A stretch of DNA of 64,000 nucleotides from an uncultured delta proteobacterium (GTDB lineage Bacteria; Myxococcota_A; Polyangia; Polyangiales; Polyangiaceae): contig CAVQUB010000015.1 in the NCBI GenBank assembly GCA_963716725.1, positions 96,001 through 160,000 on the forward strand, given 5' to 3'. Shown piece after piece: positions 48,563-59,068 of the stretch (its first letter is position 1; every line of letters starts with the position of its first letter). Below the pieces are notes generated by a model that searched no databases, had not been told where the DNA came from, and was given only the letters and a program-made list of their open reading frames with translations. The position numbers and the translations under genes are program-made.

Positions 48563-49720
48563 GTGCACGCCGATTACCCCATCGACATCCCGCGGCTCGA
48601 TCCCGAGATCGGCGCGGAGTTGCAGCGCGTGCGGCGAGCGTTTCGGGAGGGGCGCGGCCCAGGGGAGTCGGCGCTCTTCGCCCTCGAGCGACTGCTGGCG
48701 CGGAAGCTGGCGGTCATGGCCGCGCAGGCGAGCGCCGTGGCCGACGCCAACGTCCGGGCGGTGGAGCTGGTCGAGAAGCAGGAAGAGATCAGCACGCGGC
48801 TCGACACCCAGAACCGGGAGTTGGCCGAGCAGACCCAGCGCATCGAGCAGGCGCGCGCGGAGCTCGAGTCGCAGCTCGAAGCCATGGTCGCGGCGAACGT
48901 CGATGCGGTCCTGATGCTGGACGACAGCGAGCAGCGCATGCAGGAGATTGCCGGGGCACGAGATCGTCTTTCGGACGTGTCGCGCCTGCTGTTGGACCGC
49001 GCCCGCACCCTCGAGCAGGAAGCGATGGCCCTCGCGGAGTCCAACGCGAGCGCGGTGTTGATGCTCGACGAGCGCGAACACCAGATTGCGACTGCCCAAT
49101 CCGCGGTCAAGAAGCTCGCAGGTGAGCGGGCCGAGTTCGAGCAAAAAGCCTTCGTCGACGCCATGACCGGGCTGTTCAACCACCGCTACTTCAAGGAGCA
49201 GACCATCCTGGAGCTGGCGCGAGCCAAGCGCTACCAGCGGGCGCTGAGCCTCGTGTTCATCGACGTGGATCACTTCAAGAAGCTGAACGACACTCACGGC
49301 CACCAGGTCGGCGACGAGGTCCTGACCGCGGTGGGCCGGATCCTGTCGAGCGAGGTGCGCGGCGCGGACATCACGGTGCGAATGGACGGTGTGCCGTATG
49401 CCGTGCGCTACGGGGGCGAAGAGTTCGTGATCATCCTTCCCGAGACGGACGTCGCGGGAGCGCTGTGCGTGGCAGAGCGATTGCGGGAATGCATTGCGGT
49501 CGCGGATTTGCCGGGAGGGACCACCCAGCCCTCGGGGCGCGTCACGATCAGCGCGGGCGTGGCGGCCTTCGCGCCGGGTGACAGCAACGTCGAGGCGCTG
49601 GTCCAGCGCGCAGACGCCGCGCTCTACGCCGCGAAACGCGGTGGTCGAAATCGGGTCGTCGTCGCGGAGTCGAGCACCGAGTCGAGCGCGCACCCGAGCG
49701 TCGAGCTATCAGGCGTCTGA
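48563..49720 (+). CDS. diguanylate cyclase with repetitive coiled-coil N-terminus
   Basis: DAMTGLFNHRY, DVDHFKKLNDTHGHQVGD, RYGGEEF, ADAALYAAK. Confidence 0.92.
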   Translation: MHADYPIDIPRLDPEIGAELQRVRRAFREGRGPGESALFALERLLARKLAVMAAQASAVADANVRAVELVEKQEEISTRLDTQNRELAEQTQRIEQARAELESQLEAMVAANVDAVLMLDDSEQRMQEIAGARDRLSDVSRLLLDRARTLEQEAMALAESNASAVLMLDEREHQIATAQSAVKKLAGERAEFEQKAFVDAMTGLFNHRYFKEQTILELARAKRYQRALSLVFIDVDHFKKLNDTHGHQVGDEVLTAVGRILSSEVRGADITVRMDGVPYAVRYGGEEFVIILPETDVAGALCVAERLRECIAVADLPGGTTQPSGRVTISAGVAAFAPGDSNVEALVQRADAALYAAKRGGRNRVVVAESSTESSAHPSVELSGV

Positions 49721-50524
49721 AGCCTCGGTCGCGCGGGCGCGACAGACCAGGACCGCGTCGTCCAAGACGTAGATCTCGCGACCGGGATCGCCGCCCGAGA
49801 GGTAGGGCGCGCGGGTCAGCGCGACCACCTCGAGCCCCAACGGTTCGATGACGCGAGCGACGAGCTCCGCGACGGCGTGCTCCCAGGACTCTTGCTCGAG
49901 GGGCAGGCGCTCGTCGGGATCGCGCGTCACGCCGCCCGCGTAGACGAAAGGGCGATAGGGTAGGGGCGTGGCGACCACGAGCCGTCCGTCGTTCGTGAGG
50001 GCGCTCGCGAGATTTCGGAGCAAGGATTGCGGTCGATTCGAGCGATCGATGACGTTGAGGCAGGTCACCAGATCGAAGCGGTCATCGAGGTGCGCCTCGG
50101 CCAGATCCACACGCCGACAGTCGTAACCCCGGCGCTCCAAGCGTCGCGCCATCATGCGCGAGGTCTCGCTCGTCACGACCTGCTCCGCGCGGGTCGCCAG
50201 TCGCGCCGTGACGTCTCCGCAGCCGGCACCCACATCGAGGAGGCGAGGCTGCCGCTGGGGGCCGAGCAAGCGCGTCCACTGTTCGGCGCTCAGCAAGAAC
50301 AACGGATAGGTGCCGAGCAGGGCGTTCACGTCGAAGTCCGAGAGGAAGGTGCCCAGCGCACCGTGCAAGAACGCCATGGATCGACCGTGCCGACGGCGAC
50401 CCGCGGCGTCGGCAAAGGCGCGGGTTTCGTCGTCGACCTCGAGCTGAAGGAAGCGCTCAGCGAGCCTTGGCGGCAGCTGCGTGACGTCGCAGTCGTACGC
50501 AAATTCGGCGTCTGCGGGGCGCAT
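49709..50524 (-). CDS. METTL9/DREV-like class I SAM methyltransferase
   Basis: VNALLG..LFLLS.EQW..LL, LLDVGAGCGDVT, CLNVIDR, LPYRPFV, RAPYL..GD..YVLDDAVLV. Confidence 0.85.
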   Translation of the reverse strand: MRPADAEFAYDCDVTQLPPRLAERFLQLEVDDETRAFADAAGRRRHGRSMAFLHGALGTFLSDFDVNALLGTYPLFLLSAEQWTRLLGPQRQPRLLDVGAGCGDVTARLATRAEQVVTSETSRMMARRLERRGYDCRRVDLAEAHLDDRFDLVTCLNVIDRSNRPQSLLRNLASALTNDGRLVVATPLPYRPFVYAGGVTRDPDERLPLEQESWEHAVAELVARVIEPLGLEVVALTRAPYLSGGDPGREIYVLDDAVLVCRARATEASDA

Positions 50525-50544
50525 GCGTGATCGTAACCCCGCTC

Positions 50545-51810
50545 TCAGGCCGGGCGCCCCAGGGACGAGAACGGACCCTGGATGGCGACGGTCTTGCCCT
50601 CGAGGAACAGGTTCAAGAACAGCGCGCTGCCGTCGGGTGAGAAACATGGGCCGGCGAGCTCGCCGGGCCCACCGGCGTTGAACGCGATGTCGTAGACGTA
50701 GCCCTCCGGGGTGAGGCCGCGCAGGAAATTGCCGTCGGCGCCGTCCTCCGCCATCAACACATGGCCCCAGGGCGCGACGGTGATGTTGTCGGGGCTGTCG
50801 AGGACGTCGGCGTTGGGTGACTCCGCCAAGAGCTCGAGCTCGTCGGCTTTGCCGTCGTTGCCCAGGTTCAGCTTGAAGATCTGGCCGCGGTCTTTGCGGC
50901 CGCCGAGGGTGGTCGCAAAGTAGAGCGCACCGGCGTGGAAGAACGCGCCCTCGCCGCGACGGAACTTCGCGGCGCCGAGCTCGTGCGCTTGCAGCCTCAC
51001 GGTGTCTTCCTTGGGAGCGGGCTCCTTGACCTCGACCCACTCCACGGTGACCCGCGTTCCGGGGGACATGTCGAGCGCCGTTTCGAGGCGCGGGCGGCCG
51101 GTGACGGCGAGGGCCCAGAGCTTGCCGACGAAGGGCTGGTCTTGGTTTGCGGGCACGAAGCGATAGAGGCAGCCGTCCGCGCGGTCTTCGGTCATGTAGG
51201 CGTTGAACGTGGCGGGGTCGAAGCCCACCGCTTCGTGGGTGAAGCGCCCGTATCCGTCGAGTCGATCTGGCTTTGCGACGCGTTCGGCGTCGGGGCTGCA
51301 GAGAAAAGCGTAGCCGTGTCCCGCTTCGTTGATCTCCTCGCAGGCGATCCAGCCCCAAGGGCAGGAACCCCCACCGCAGGTCTTGAGGGTGCCGGTGAGG
51401 ACCAGGTTGTTCGACACCTTCGCCAGCGTCTTGCCGTCGAGCACCACCCGCGTCACTCCGCCGAAGCAGGTCTTGTCGTAGGCCTCCGGCGGCGGGTCGT
51501 TCGAAGCGTACGCGCCATGCCCGAAGTGGCGGGTGATCTCGTGGTTTCTGAGCAAGACCAGCTGGCCGCGCCCGGTGGCGAAGCAGCCCATGCCGTCAGG
51601 CAAGTTGGGGACGCGATAGCCGTCGCTCATGGGCTCTCCGGCGCCGTCGATCACGCGGTAGGTGAAGCCCGGCGGTAGGTCGAGCACCTTGGCGGGGTCG
51701 CGAACCAAGCCCCGCGCTTGGGGCCGTCGCGAACGAAAGATCAGGGGCAGGGCGGCCACCGACGCGGCGACGCCTCCGAGCACGAGCAGCTTCCGACGCG
51801 TGAGCTGCAT
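50545..51810 (-). CDS. Tat-exported PhoX-family (DUF839) phosphatase
   Basis: TRRKLL Tat signal; PDGM, LRNHE, CEE, GRFTHEA, TED, RGEG, PDNI, EDG, GELAGP. Confidence 0.85.
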   Translation of the reverse strand: MQLTRRKLLVLGGVAASVAALPLIFRSRRPQARGLVRDPAKVLDLPPGFTYRVIDGAGEPMSDGYRVPNLPDGMGCFATGRGQLVLLRNHEITRHFGHGAYASNDPPPEAYDKTCFGGVTRVVLDGKTLAKVSNNLVLTGTLKTCGGGSCPWGWIACEEINEAGHGYAFLCSPDAERVAKPDRLDGYGRFTHEAVGFDPATFNAYMTEDRADGCLYRFVPANQDQPFVGKLWALAVTGRPRLETALDMSPGTRVTVEWVEVKEPAPKEDTVRLQAHELGAAKFRRGEGAFFHAGALYFATTLGGRKDRGQIFKLNLGNDGKADELELLAESPNADVLDSPDNITVAPWGHVLMAEDGADGNFLRGLTPEGYVYDIAFNAGGPGELAGPCFSPDGSALFLNLFLEGKTVAIQGPFSSLGRPA

Positions 51811-51816
51811 GGACCT

Positions 51817-53343
51817 TCAGGACGGCGGGAGCCGCTTCTCTCGCAGATGCCAGGCGATCCGGAGAGCCATGCTCATGATGCTGAGCTGCGGATTCACGCC
51901 CAAGCTCGAGGGCAAGATGCTGCCGTCGGCCACGAAGAGCTCGGGCAAATCCCACGCTTGCCCGAAAGGATCCACCACCGAGGCTTGGGCAGAAACGCCC
52001 ATGCGGCAGGTCCCGAGGGGGTGCTGAGAGCTGCTCTCGAGGGCGGTCGCCGGGACGTGATCGAGATCGACGCTCGCGAGTCCATCGCGATCGATGCCGC
52101 CTAGCCCCAAGATCGGCAGGTACACCTCCTCGGCACCGCCCGCGAAGAAGGCCTCGGCCATGCGACGCATGAGCACCGGGATCGCGGCGCGATCTTTGGG
52201 CGCCATGCGGTAGGTCATGAATGATCGATCGAAGAGCGTCTGGACGCGGCCGCCGCCTTCGTCGTGGATCATGCCGCCGAAGATCGCCATGTTCGGAATG
52301 GAAGCGGCGACGCGTTGGTGCGCGAGCCCGATGCCGGGGAGCGTGCCCGCCAGGGCGCCCGGCGGGATGAAGAGGCTCGTCATGGTGATGCGGTCGCGTT
52401 CGAGCGCGTCGGAGTAAGCGCTCTGCAGCGCGCCCTTCCAGCCCTCGACCGGGTCTTTGAAGCGCGCCATGACGCGGAAGCCGGGATGCAGCGTCATGTT
52501 GCGCCCGACTTGCCCGGAGCGCCGGCCGATGCCGCTGCGCTCGAGCAAGAGCGGGGAGGCGTAGGCCCCCGCGGCGACGACGACGCGTCGTGCGCGCACC
52601 CGGAGATGGCCCCGAGCTTTCTTGTGCGGGCCCGAGAGCAAGCGCCCGACGACGCCGCTCGCACGGCCCCGCGTGGCGAGCACCCGGTCGACGCGACAGT
52701 CGGAGTAGAGCCGGGCGCCTGCCGCCAGCGCTCGGGGCAAATAGGTGAGGTCGACGCTGAGCTTTGCGCCGTGCGGACAGCCGAAGTTGCAGCGCCCGCA
52801 GCCGTTGCAGCCCTTGGTATTGCGCCGCATGGGCTCCCAGCCGAGGCCGATGGCGTCCAGGCCTTTCAGGAAGTGCTGGGTGGACCGCGAGCGCATCGCC
52901 GCCGGGACTTCTTCGACGTGGATCCGGCGCTCGACCTCCTCGAAGACGGCCTCCATCCGCTTTGGACTGATGTCTTCGAGCCCGTGATGGGCCGCCCACT
53001 CGTGCATCACTCGATCGGGGATCCGAAAGCACACGCCGCCCGTCAGTACCGACGAACCACCGACGCACTGGCCCATCATCACGTTGATGACCGGCGTGTC
53101 GCCCAGGCCGACGGCGAAGGTGAGGCCCGCGTCGCGCCACATATGACGCAGGTTCTCGCTCGGTCGCATGCGCCCGTAGCGCTCCGGCGGAACGAAGGGG
53201 CCTTCTTCGAGGATCAGGACGCTCTGTCCAGCCTCGGCCAATTCCGCTGCGACCACCGCGCCGCCGGCGCCCGAGCCGATCACGACCACGTCGGCGTCGA
53301 GGCTGAGATCGCCCGCCTGCGCTCGTCCCTCGATGATCGTCAT
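51817..53343 (-). CDS. GMC-family oxidoreductase
   Basis: IGSGAGG FAD motif, VGGSS, CNGCGRCNFGC, HPLGTCRMG, GVNPQ. Confidence 0.9.
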   Translation of the reverse strand: MTIIEGRAQAGDLSLDADVVVIGSGAGGAVVAAELAEAGQSVLILEEGPFVPPERYGRMRPSENLRHMWRDAGLTFAVGLGDTPVINVMMGQCVGGSSVLTGGVCFRIPDRVMHEWAAHHGLEDISPKRMEAVFEEVERRIHVEEVPAAMRSRSTQHFLKGLDAIGLGWEPMRRNTKGCNGCGRCNFGCPHGAKLSVDLTYLPRALAAGARLYSDCRVDRVLATRGRASGVVGRLLSGPHKKARGHLRVRARRVVVAAGAYASPLLLERSGIGRRSGQVGRNMTLHPGFRVMARFKDPVEGWKGALQSAYSDALERDRITMTSLFIPPGALAGTLPGIGLAHQRVAASIPNMAIFGGMIHDEGGGRVQTLFDRSFMTYRMAPKDRAAIPVLMRRMAEAFFAGGAEEVYLPILGLGGIDRDGLASVDLDHVPATALESSSQHPLGTCRMGVSAQASVVDPFGQAWDLPELFVADGSILPSSLGVNPQLSIMSMALRIAWHLREKRLPPS

Positions 53344-53900
53344 GACCGCACCGGCAGCTGCAACGGCTCGGCCGACTTCAGGCAGCGGCCGTCGAAGCCG
53401 ACCTCGCGGGCGGCGTCGGGGTGCTCGTAGTACAGGATGCAGAGCATGGCCTTGACGGCCAGGACTGGAGCCCCGAAGCGATCTTCCAGCCGCGCGAGTG
53501 CCCGCGCGCGATCGCGCACCGACAGCCGAGCCAGGGGAACGAAGCGTCGGATCATCAGCGGGGCCAGGACCCCGACGACGAAGAGCGCCAGCCCGATCAC
53601 CCAGCGGGAGCGGGCGCCTGCGCGCGCCAGCATGTCCTCGACCTCGAGCCCCAGCCACTCGATGCGCTCGCGCGCCGGGGGACCGGCGTCCGTCAGGAAT
53701 ACGGCCTCGGCCACCGTGCACGCCCGGGCGACCAGCCGCGGCGAGACGATCGGGCTGCCGTCTGCCTCCCGGAGCGGGCTCAGCGGGGCGGGCTCGAAGG
53801 CGTCCCCACCCAGGGATTGCCAAGGGTCGTCGGAATCGCGGTCTCGGGAACTCACGGCAGCCGGAGATTGCCCGCGAAAACCCGACGAGACAAGCGCCAC
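53340..53900 (-). CDS. small partner of the GMC oxidoreductase (gluconate dehydrogenase subunit 3-like)
   Basis: ATGA overlap with GMC gene; KAMLCILYYEHP..VGFDG; start uncertain. Confidence 0.55.
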   Translation of the reverse strand: MALVSSGFRGQSPAAVSSRDRDSDDPWQSLGGDAFEPAPLSPLREADGSPIVSPRLVARACTVAEAVFLTDAGPPARERIEWLGLEVEDMLARAGARSRWVIGLALFVVGVLAPLMIRRFVPLARLSVRDRARALARLEDRFGAPVLAVKAMLCILYYEHPDAAREVGFDGRCLKSAEPLQLPVRS

Positions 53901-54023
53901 GATCCGCCTGCCGGCTTGTCCTATACTCCGCGATCGCTACGCCGTCGAAGCCTCCACCCCTTGCGTGTGGTGGCCCTCGGCCCAACGAACTCGGTCACCG
54001 CCGAATAAAGAGGAGAGAACGAA

Positions 54024-54611
54024 ATGGACTTCGAGGTTGCCCCGCTGCCGTACTCAAAAGACGCACTCGAGCCCGTGATGAAGGTGGAGACCTTCGAGTT
54101 CCACTACGAGAAGCACCACAAGGGCTACATGACGAACCTCAAGGGCCTGCTCGAGGGCAAACCCGAGGCGAACAAATCCCTGATCGAGGTGATCAAATCG
54201 AGCTCCGGTGGCGTGTTCAACAACGCCGCTCAGGTCTACAACCACAGCTTTTTCTGGGACGGCATGAAGCCCGGCGGGGGCGGCGCTCCGAGCGGAGAGG
54301 TGCTCGACTTGCTGAACCGCGACTTCGGTGGCGTCGACAAGTTCCGCGAGGCCTTCGTCAAGGGTGGCCTCGGACGCTTCGGCTCCGGCTACGTTTGGCT
54401 CGTGCTCGATGAGGGCAAGGCGAAGGTCATCGACACGCCGAACGCGGAGACGCCGCTCACCACCGCGCAGACCCCGCTCTTGACCGCTGACGTGTGGGAG
54501 CACGCCTACTACTTGGATCACCGAAACAACCGCAAGGGGTTCCTCGAGGCCTTCTGCGACAAGCTCGTCAACTGGGAGTTCGTCGCCAAGAACCTGAAGG
54601 CGGGCAAGTAG
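54024..54611 (+). CDS. sodB: superoxide dismutase (Fe type)
   Basis: HYEKHH, NNAAQVYNH, FGSG, DVWEHAYY. Confidence 0.93.
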   Translation: MDFEVAPLPYSKDALEPVMKVETFEFHYEKHHKGYMTNLKGLLEGKPEANKSLIEVIKSSSGGVFNNAAQVYNHSFFWDGMKPGGGGAPSGEVLDLLNRDFGGVDKFREAFVKGGLGRFGSGYVWLVLDEGKAKVIDTPNAETPLTTAQTPLLTADVWEHAYYLDHRNNRKGFLEAFCDKLVNWEFVAKNLKAGK

Positions 54612-54619
54612 CGCCCGGC

Positions 54620-55147
54620 GTGACGGTTCGCTACTTCGCCTTCGGTGCGAACCTGCACCCCGCCACCCTCGAGCGACGCCGGATCGAGCCGCTCCGACAC
54701 GCGTCGGCGCGGCTCGACGGCCACCGACTGGTTTTCGACTTACCCGGTGTGCCGGTGTTCGAGCCGGCGTTCGCGAATATTCACCCCGCCGACGACCACG
54801 TCTGGGGCGTGCTCTACGAACTCTCGACCGCCGACATGCGCCGCCTGCGCAGCTACGAAGGCGCTGCCTACGGAGAGGTGGACGTCGAAGTCGAGAGCGA
54901 CGGCGCCCGGGTGACCGCCCGGGCTTTCTCCGCGGAAGAGAGGCACCGTCCGCGCCCGCCCTCGCGCAGATATCTGCGAGTGATCACCGAAGGGGCCAGG
55001 CACCATGCGCTGCCTGACCCATGGATCGACCGCCTCGAGGCCCAGCCCTCGGCCTACGTTCCCGGTCTGCACGAAGCCTGGAACGCAGCCTTCTGGCTGG
55101 TCGAGGTCGTTCATCGACGGCTGGTCGCGCCTTCGCGACGGCGATAG
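54620..55147 (+). CDS. gamma-glutamylcyclotransferase-family protein
   Basis: YFAFGANL, VWGVLY, YEG, PSRRYL. Confidence 0.85.
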   Translation: MTVRYFAFGANLHPATLERRRIEPLRHASARLDGHRLVFDLPGVPVFEPAFANIHPADDHVWGVLYELSTADMRRLRSYEGAAYGEVDVEVESDGARVTARAFSAEERHRPRPPSRRYLRVITEGARHHALPDPWIDRLEAQPSAYVPGLHEAWNAAFWLVEVVHRRLVAPSRRR

Positions 55148-55151
55148 CGCT

Positions 55152-55628
55152 TCAGTCGTCGGTGGCGGCGCCGCTCACGGGCAAGATCGGCGCCCAGATC
55201 AACCGTTCGAGCATGGAGTCGTTGACGACGATGCCCCGGTCGCTGAAGTAGAGCGCGTTGAGCTCCGAGCCTTCGCGCTGTTCGCCCACGAAGATGATGC
55301 CCTGACCGCTCTCGTTGTAGCCGAGCTGCACGACGGCGTTCTTCAGCCAGCGCCCGCCGCCGTCGAGCTCGACGGACTCGGGCAAGGTGTAGAAGCCCTC
55401 CGAGGGCAGCGCCTTCAGGGTCTTGGCCCAGGTTGGTGACCGCAGCGGCGTGGTGGGCTCGCCCCAGAACCAGCGATTGCTGCGGTTCTGGCCGGGTCGC
55501 ACCACGAACTTCACGCCGCCGTTTTGCGGCTGTCCGAGGTAGACCAGGACGCCGGCTGGAAACGCGTCTTCGTGGCCGGGAAATGCTTGGGTGGTGCGAT
55601 AAAGTCCGGGATCGGGGAGGTCCAACAT
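55152..55628 (-). CDS. hypothetical protein
   Basis: 158-aa globular-looking ORF with coding bias. Confidence 0.65.
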   Translation of the reverse strand: MLDLPDPGLYRTTQAFPGHEDAFPAGVLVYLGQPQNGGVKFVVRPGQNRSNRWFWGEPTTPLRSPTWAKTLKALPSEGFYTLPESVELDGGGRWLKNAVVQLGYNESGQGIIFVGEQREGSELNALYFSDRGIVVNDSMLERLIWAPILPVSGAATDD

Positions 55629-55715
55629 GATGGGGGCCGGAATCTAACCCATCGTCGGCGATGCACAAGCGTCGCGAGGCTTCGCCGGCCGCGGCAAGGG
55701 TGGCAGACTCGGCTC

Positions 55716-56649
55716 GTGAGTCTCCGATCCATCCCCATCGTCACCGCCCTCGTGCTGTCGGCCTGCACCCCGGCGCGGGGCGGCGGCAGTGGCGGCCGGG
55801 AGGGCACGGCGCCGCTCGACCGACCGACGGGGCCGGTGGGGCTCGAGGAGGCGCGGCGCTACGTGCTCGGGTTGGTCAACCGCGACCGCGCCGAGGCAGA
55901 CCTGCCACCGGTCGAGCGCGACGAAGTTGCCGAACGCGCGGGGCAACGCCACGTCGATGACATGGTCAAGCACGGCTTCACGGCGCATTGGGGGACCGAT
56001 GGGTCGGTGCCTGAGCAGCGCTACACCGAGTCCGGCGGGGTGCACTTCGCGCAAGAGAACGCTGCGTGCTTCTTCGACGGCACGGTCCGCGAGCTCGACC
56101 CCAACCCGACCTTCTCGCCCGACCAACTCGAGCAGATCGAGAGCGCCTTCGTCCATGAGACGCCGCCGAACGACGGACACCGCAAGAACATCCTGAAGAA
56201 GTGGCACAACAAGCTGGGCGTCGGCCTAGGCAAACCCGTCGGGATCGAGCAGCCCTGCATGGCTCAGGAGTTCGTCGACGAATACGGTGAGTACGATGGC
56301 TTGCCCCAGCGGGCGACGCTTGGTCAGAAGATCTCGGTCGCGGGAGAGATCGCACGCGCCGGCGGAGTTTGGCGGGGTCGGCCTCGTGCGAATCGAGCCT
56401 GCCAAGAAGCTCGGCGCGGCGCACCTGAACGGGACGTCGTCGTATCCAGTGCCGAACCCCGACGACCTGTATTTCCCGGCGGGGTTCAAGACGCCAAAAC
56501 CGGTGAAGCTCGAGGGAAAGCGCTTCAGTATCGACCTCGATCTTCGGCAACCCGCCGGTCCCGGTCGCTATCAAGTCAGCGTTTGGGGGCGCTACCCGGG
56601 TGACAAAGCCTTCGTGATGGTCAGTCTCAGGACCATCGACGTGCGATAG
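55716..56649 (+). CDS. CAP/SCP-domain lipoprotein (one-base frameshift near 56352)
   Basis: Lipobox LSAC; LVNRDR, H..DM, GHRKNIL, QEF; C-terminus continues in ORF 56287-56649. Confidence 0.8.
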
Positions 56650-56652
56650 GTC

Positions 56653-57552
<900 letters not shown>

Positions 57553-57566
57553 AACTGGAGGTGATG

Positions 57567-58058
57567 ATGGCGACCAAGAAGAAGATCGTGAAGAAGCCCC
57601 CGGCGACGAGGCCAGTGGACGAGCTGGTGGGCCGCCGCGCGCCCAAGCTCCCGCTCCCGAAGGGCGAGTCTGTCGCCGGTCGGGCTCACGTGGTCTATTT
57701 CTACCCCAAGGACGGCACGCCGGGCTGTACGACCGAGGCCTGTGACTTCCGCGACCACTGGACTCGCCTGGCTCGGGTCGGCGTGCGGGTGATCGGGGTC
57801 AGCCCCGACAGCGAGGCGAGCCACGGGCGCTTCCGGGAAAAATCCGAGCTCCCGTTCACGCTCCTCTCGGACGCTGATCACAGCGTCGCGCGCGCCTACT
57901 CGGTCTGGGTGAAGAAGCAGAACTACGGGCGCGAGTACCTCGGCATCGAGCGCAGCACCTTTCTAGTGGACGCCAAGGGCGTCGTGCGCCGCGCGTGGCG
58001 CCGCGTGAAGGTCGCCGGGCACGTCGAAGAGGTGCTGGCCGCGGCCCGCGAGCTCTGA
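57567..58058 (+). CDS. bcp: peroxiredoxin Bcp/PrxQ
   Basis: YFYPKDGTPGCTTEAC, RSTFLVD. Confidence 0.9.
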   Translation: MATKKKIVKKPPATRPVDELVGRRAPKLPLPKGESVAGRAHVVYFYPKDGTPGCTTEACDFRDHWTRLARVGVRVIGVSPDSEASHGRFREKSELPFTLLSDADHSVARAYSVWVKKQNYGREYLGIERSTFLVDAKGVVRRAWRRVKVAGHVEEVLAAAREL

Positions 58059-59066
58059 GTGTCGGTCCCCCTCGTCTCGGTGCTCCTGCCGGTCCACGAC
58101 GCGATCGGCACGCTGCCGGCGGCGCTGCGCAGCATCCAACGGCAGACCCTGACTGACTTCGAATGTGTGGTGGTGGACGACGGCTGTTCGGACGGCAGCG
58201 CGGGCATAGTCAGGTCGTTCGCGGCCGCGGACGCTCGTTTCGTGCTGGTCTCACAGCCCCACGCCGGCGTCGCCGCTGCCCTCGAGCGGGGGCTCGCTCG
58301 ATGTCGAGGCCGGTACGTTGCTCGCATGGACGCCGACGATCTGTCTCATAAGCGGCGCCTCGAGTTGCAGATCGAGCGGCTCGAGGCGCGGCCGGAGTTG
58401 GCGGGCATTGGGGCGCATGTGTGGATGTTTCCGCGCCGCACGTTGACCGACGGGCTGGCTGCCCACGAGCGCTGGCTCAACTCTCTGGACGAACCCGCGA
58501 GCGTTGCTCGAGACGCATTCGTGGAGTGCCCCATCGTGCACCCGACGCTGTGCATCCGGAGGGAAGTGCTCACCGCCCACGGTTATCGCGACGCAGGTTG
58601 GCCCCAGGACTACGATCTGGTGTTGCGGCTGCTTGCGTCGGGGCAGCGGCTGGCCGTGTTGCCTCGGAAGCTCTTGGGCTGGCGGGACGGACCGAACAGG
58701 ATCACCCGAACCGCCGACTACACGCGGCGTGAACGCATTGTGGCCTGCAAAGCGCACTACCTGGCGCGAGGTTTTCTCGCGGGGAGCCATCGCTACGTGC
58801 TGTGGGGCTACGGTGACACCGGCAGGACGCTGTGTCGGGCGCTCCGGCTCCACGGCAAGCAGCCGCATACCATTGTCGAGCTTCACCCGCGCCGAATCGG
58901 TCAGCAGATTGCCGGAGCGCCGGTGGTGCATCCGAGCGCGCTCGCCGGCCGCGCGGGGCTCGCAGTGGTGATCTCGGTTTCGGGCACCGAGCAGCGCAAC
59001 GAGGCCCGGGCGCGCGCCCGCACGCTGGGCCTGGTGGAGGGCGGGGACTTCGTGGTGGCGGCCTGA
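58059..59066 (+). CDS. glycosyltransferase family 2
   Basis: VSVLLPV, VDDGCSD, ARMDADD, HPT, DYDL. Confidence 0.9.
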   Translation: MSVPLVSVLLPVHDAIGTLPAALRSIQRQTLTDFECVVVDDGCSDGSAGIVRSFAAADARFVLVSQPHAGVAAALERGLARCRGRYVARMDADDLSHKRRLELQIERLEARPELAGIGAHVWMFPRRTLTDGLAAHERWLNSLDEPASVARDAFVECPIVHPTLCIRREVLTAHGYRDAGWPQDYDLVLRLLASGQRLAVLPRKLLGWRDGPNRITRTADYTRRERIVACKAHYLARGFLAGSHRYVLWGYGDTGRTLCRALRLHGKQPHTIVELHPRRIGQQIAGAPVVHPSALAGRAGLAVVISVSGTEQRNEARARARTLGLVEGGDFVVAA

Positions 59067-59068
59067 AC

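Noticed and set aside
49709..53985. 549-aa ORF 49709-51358 and 722-aa ORF 51817-53985
   Set aside because: Their upstream parts overlap the PhoX gene and the GMC partner gene out of frame; true starts are at 50524 and 53343.
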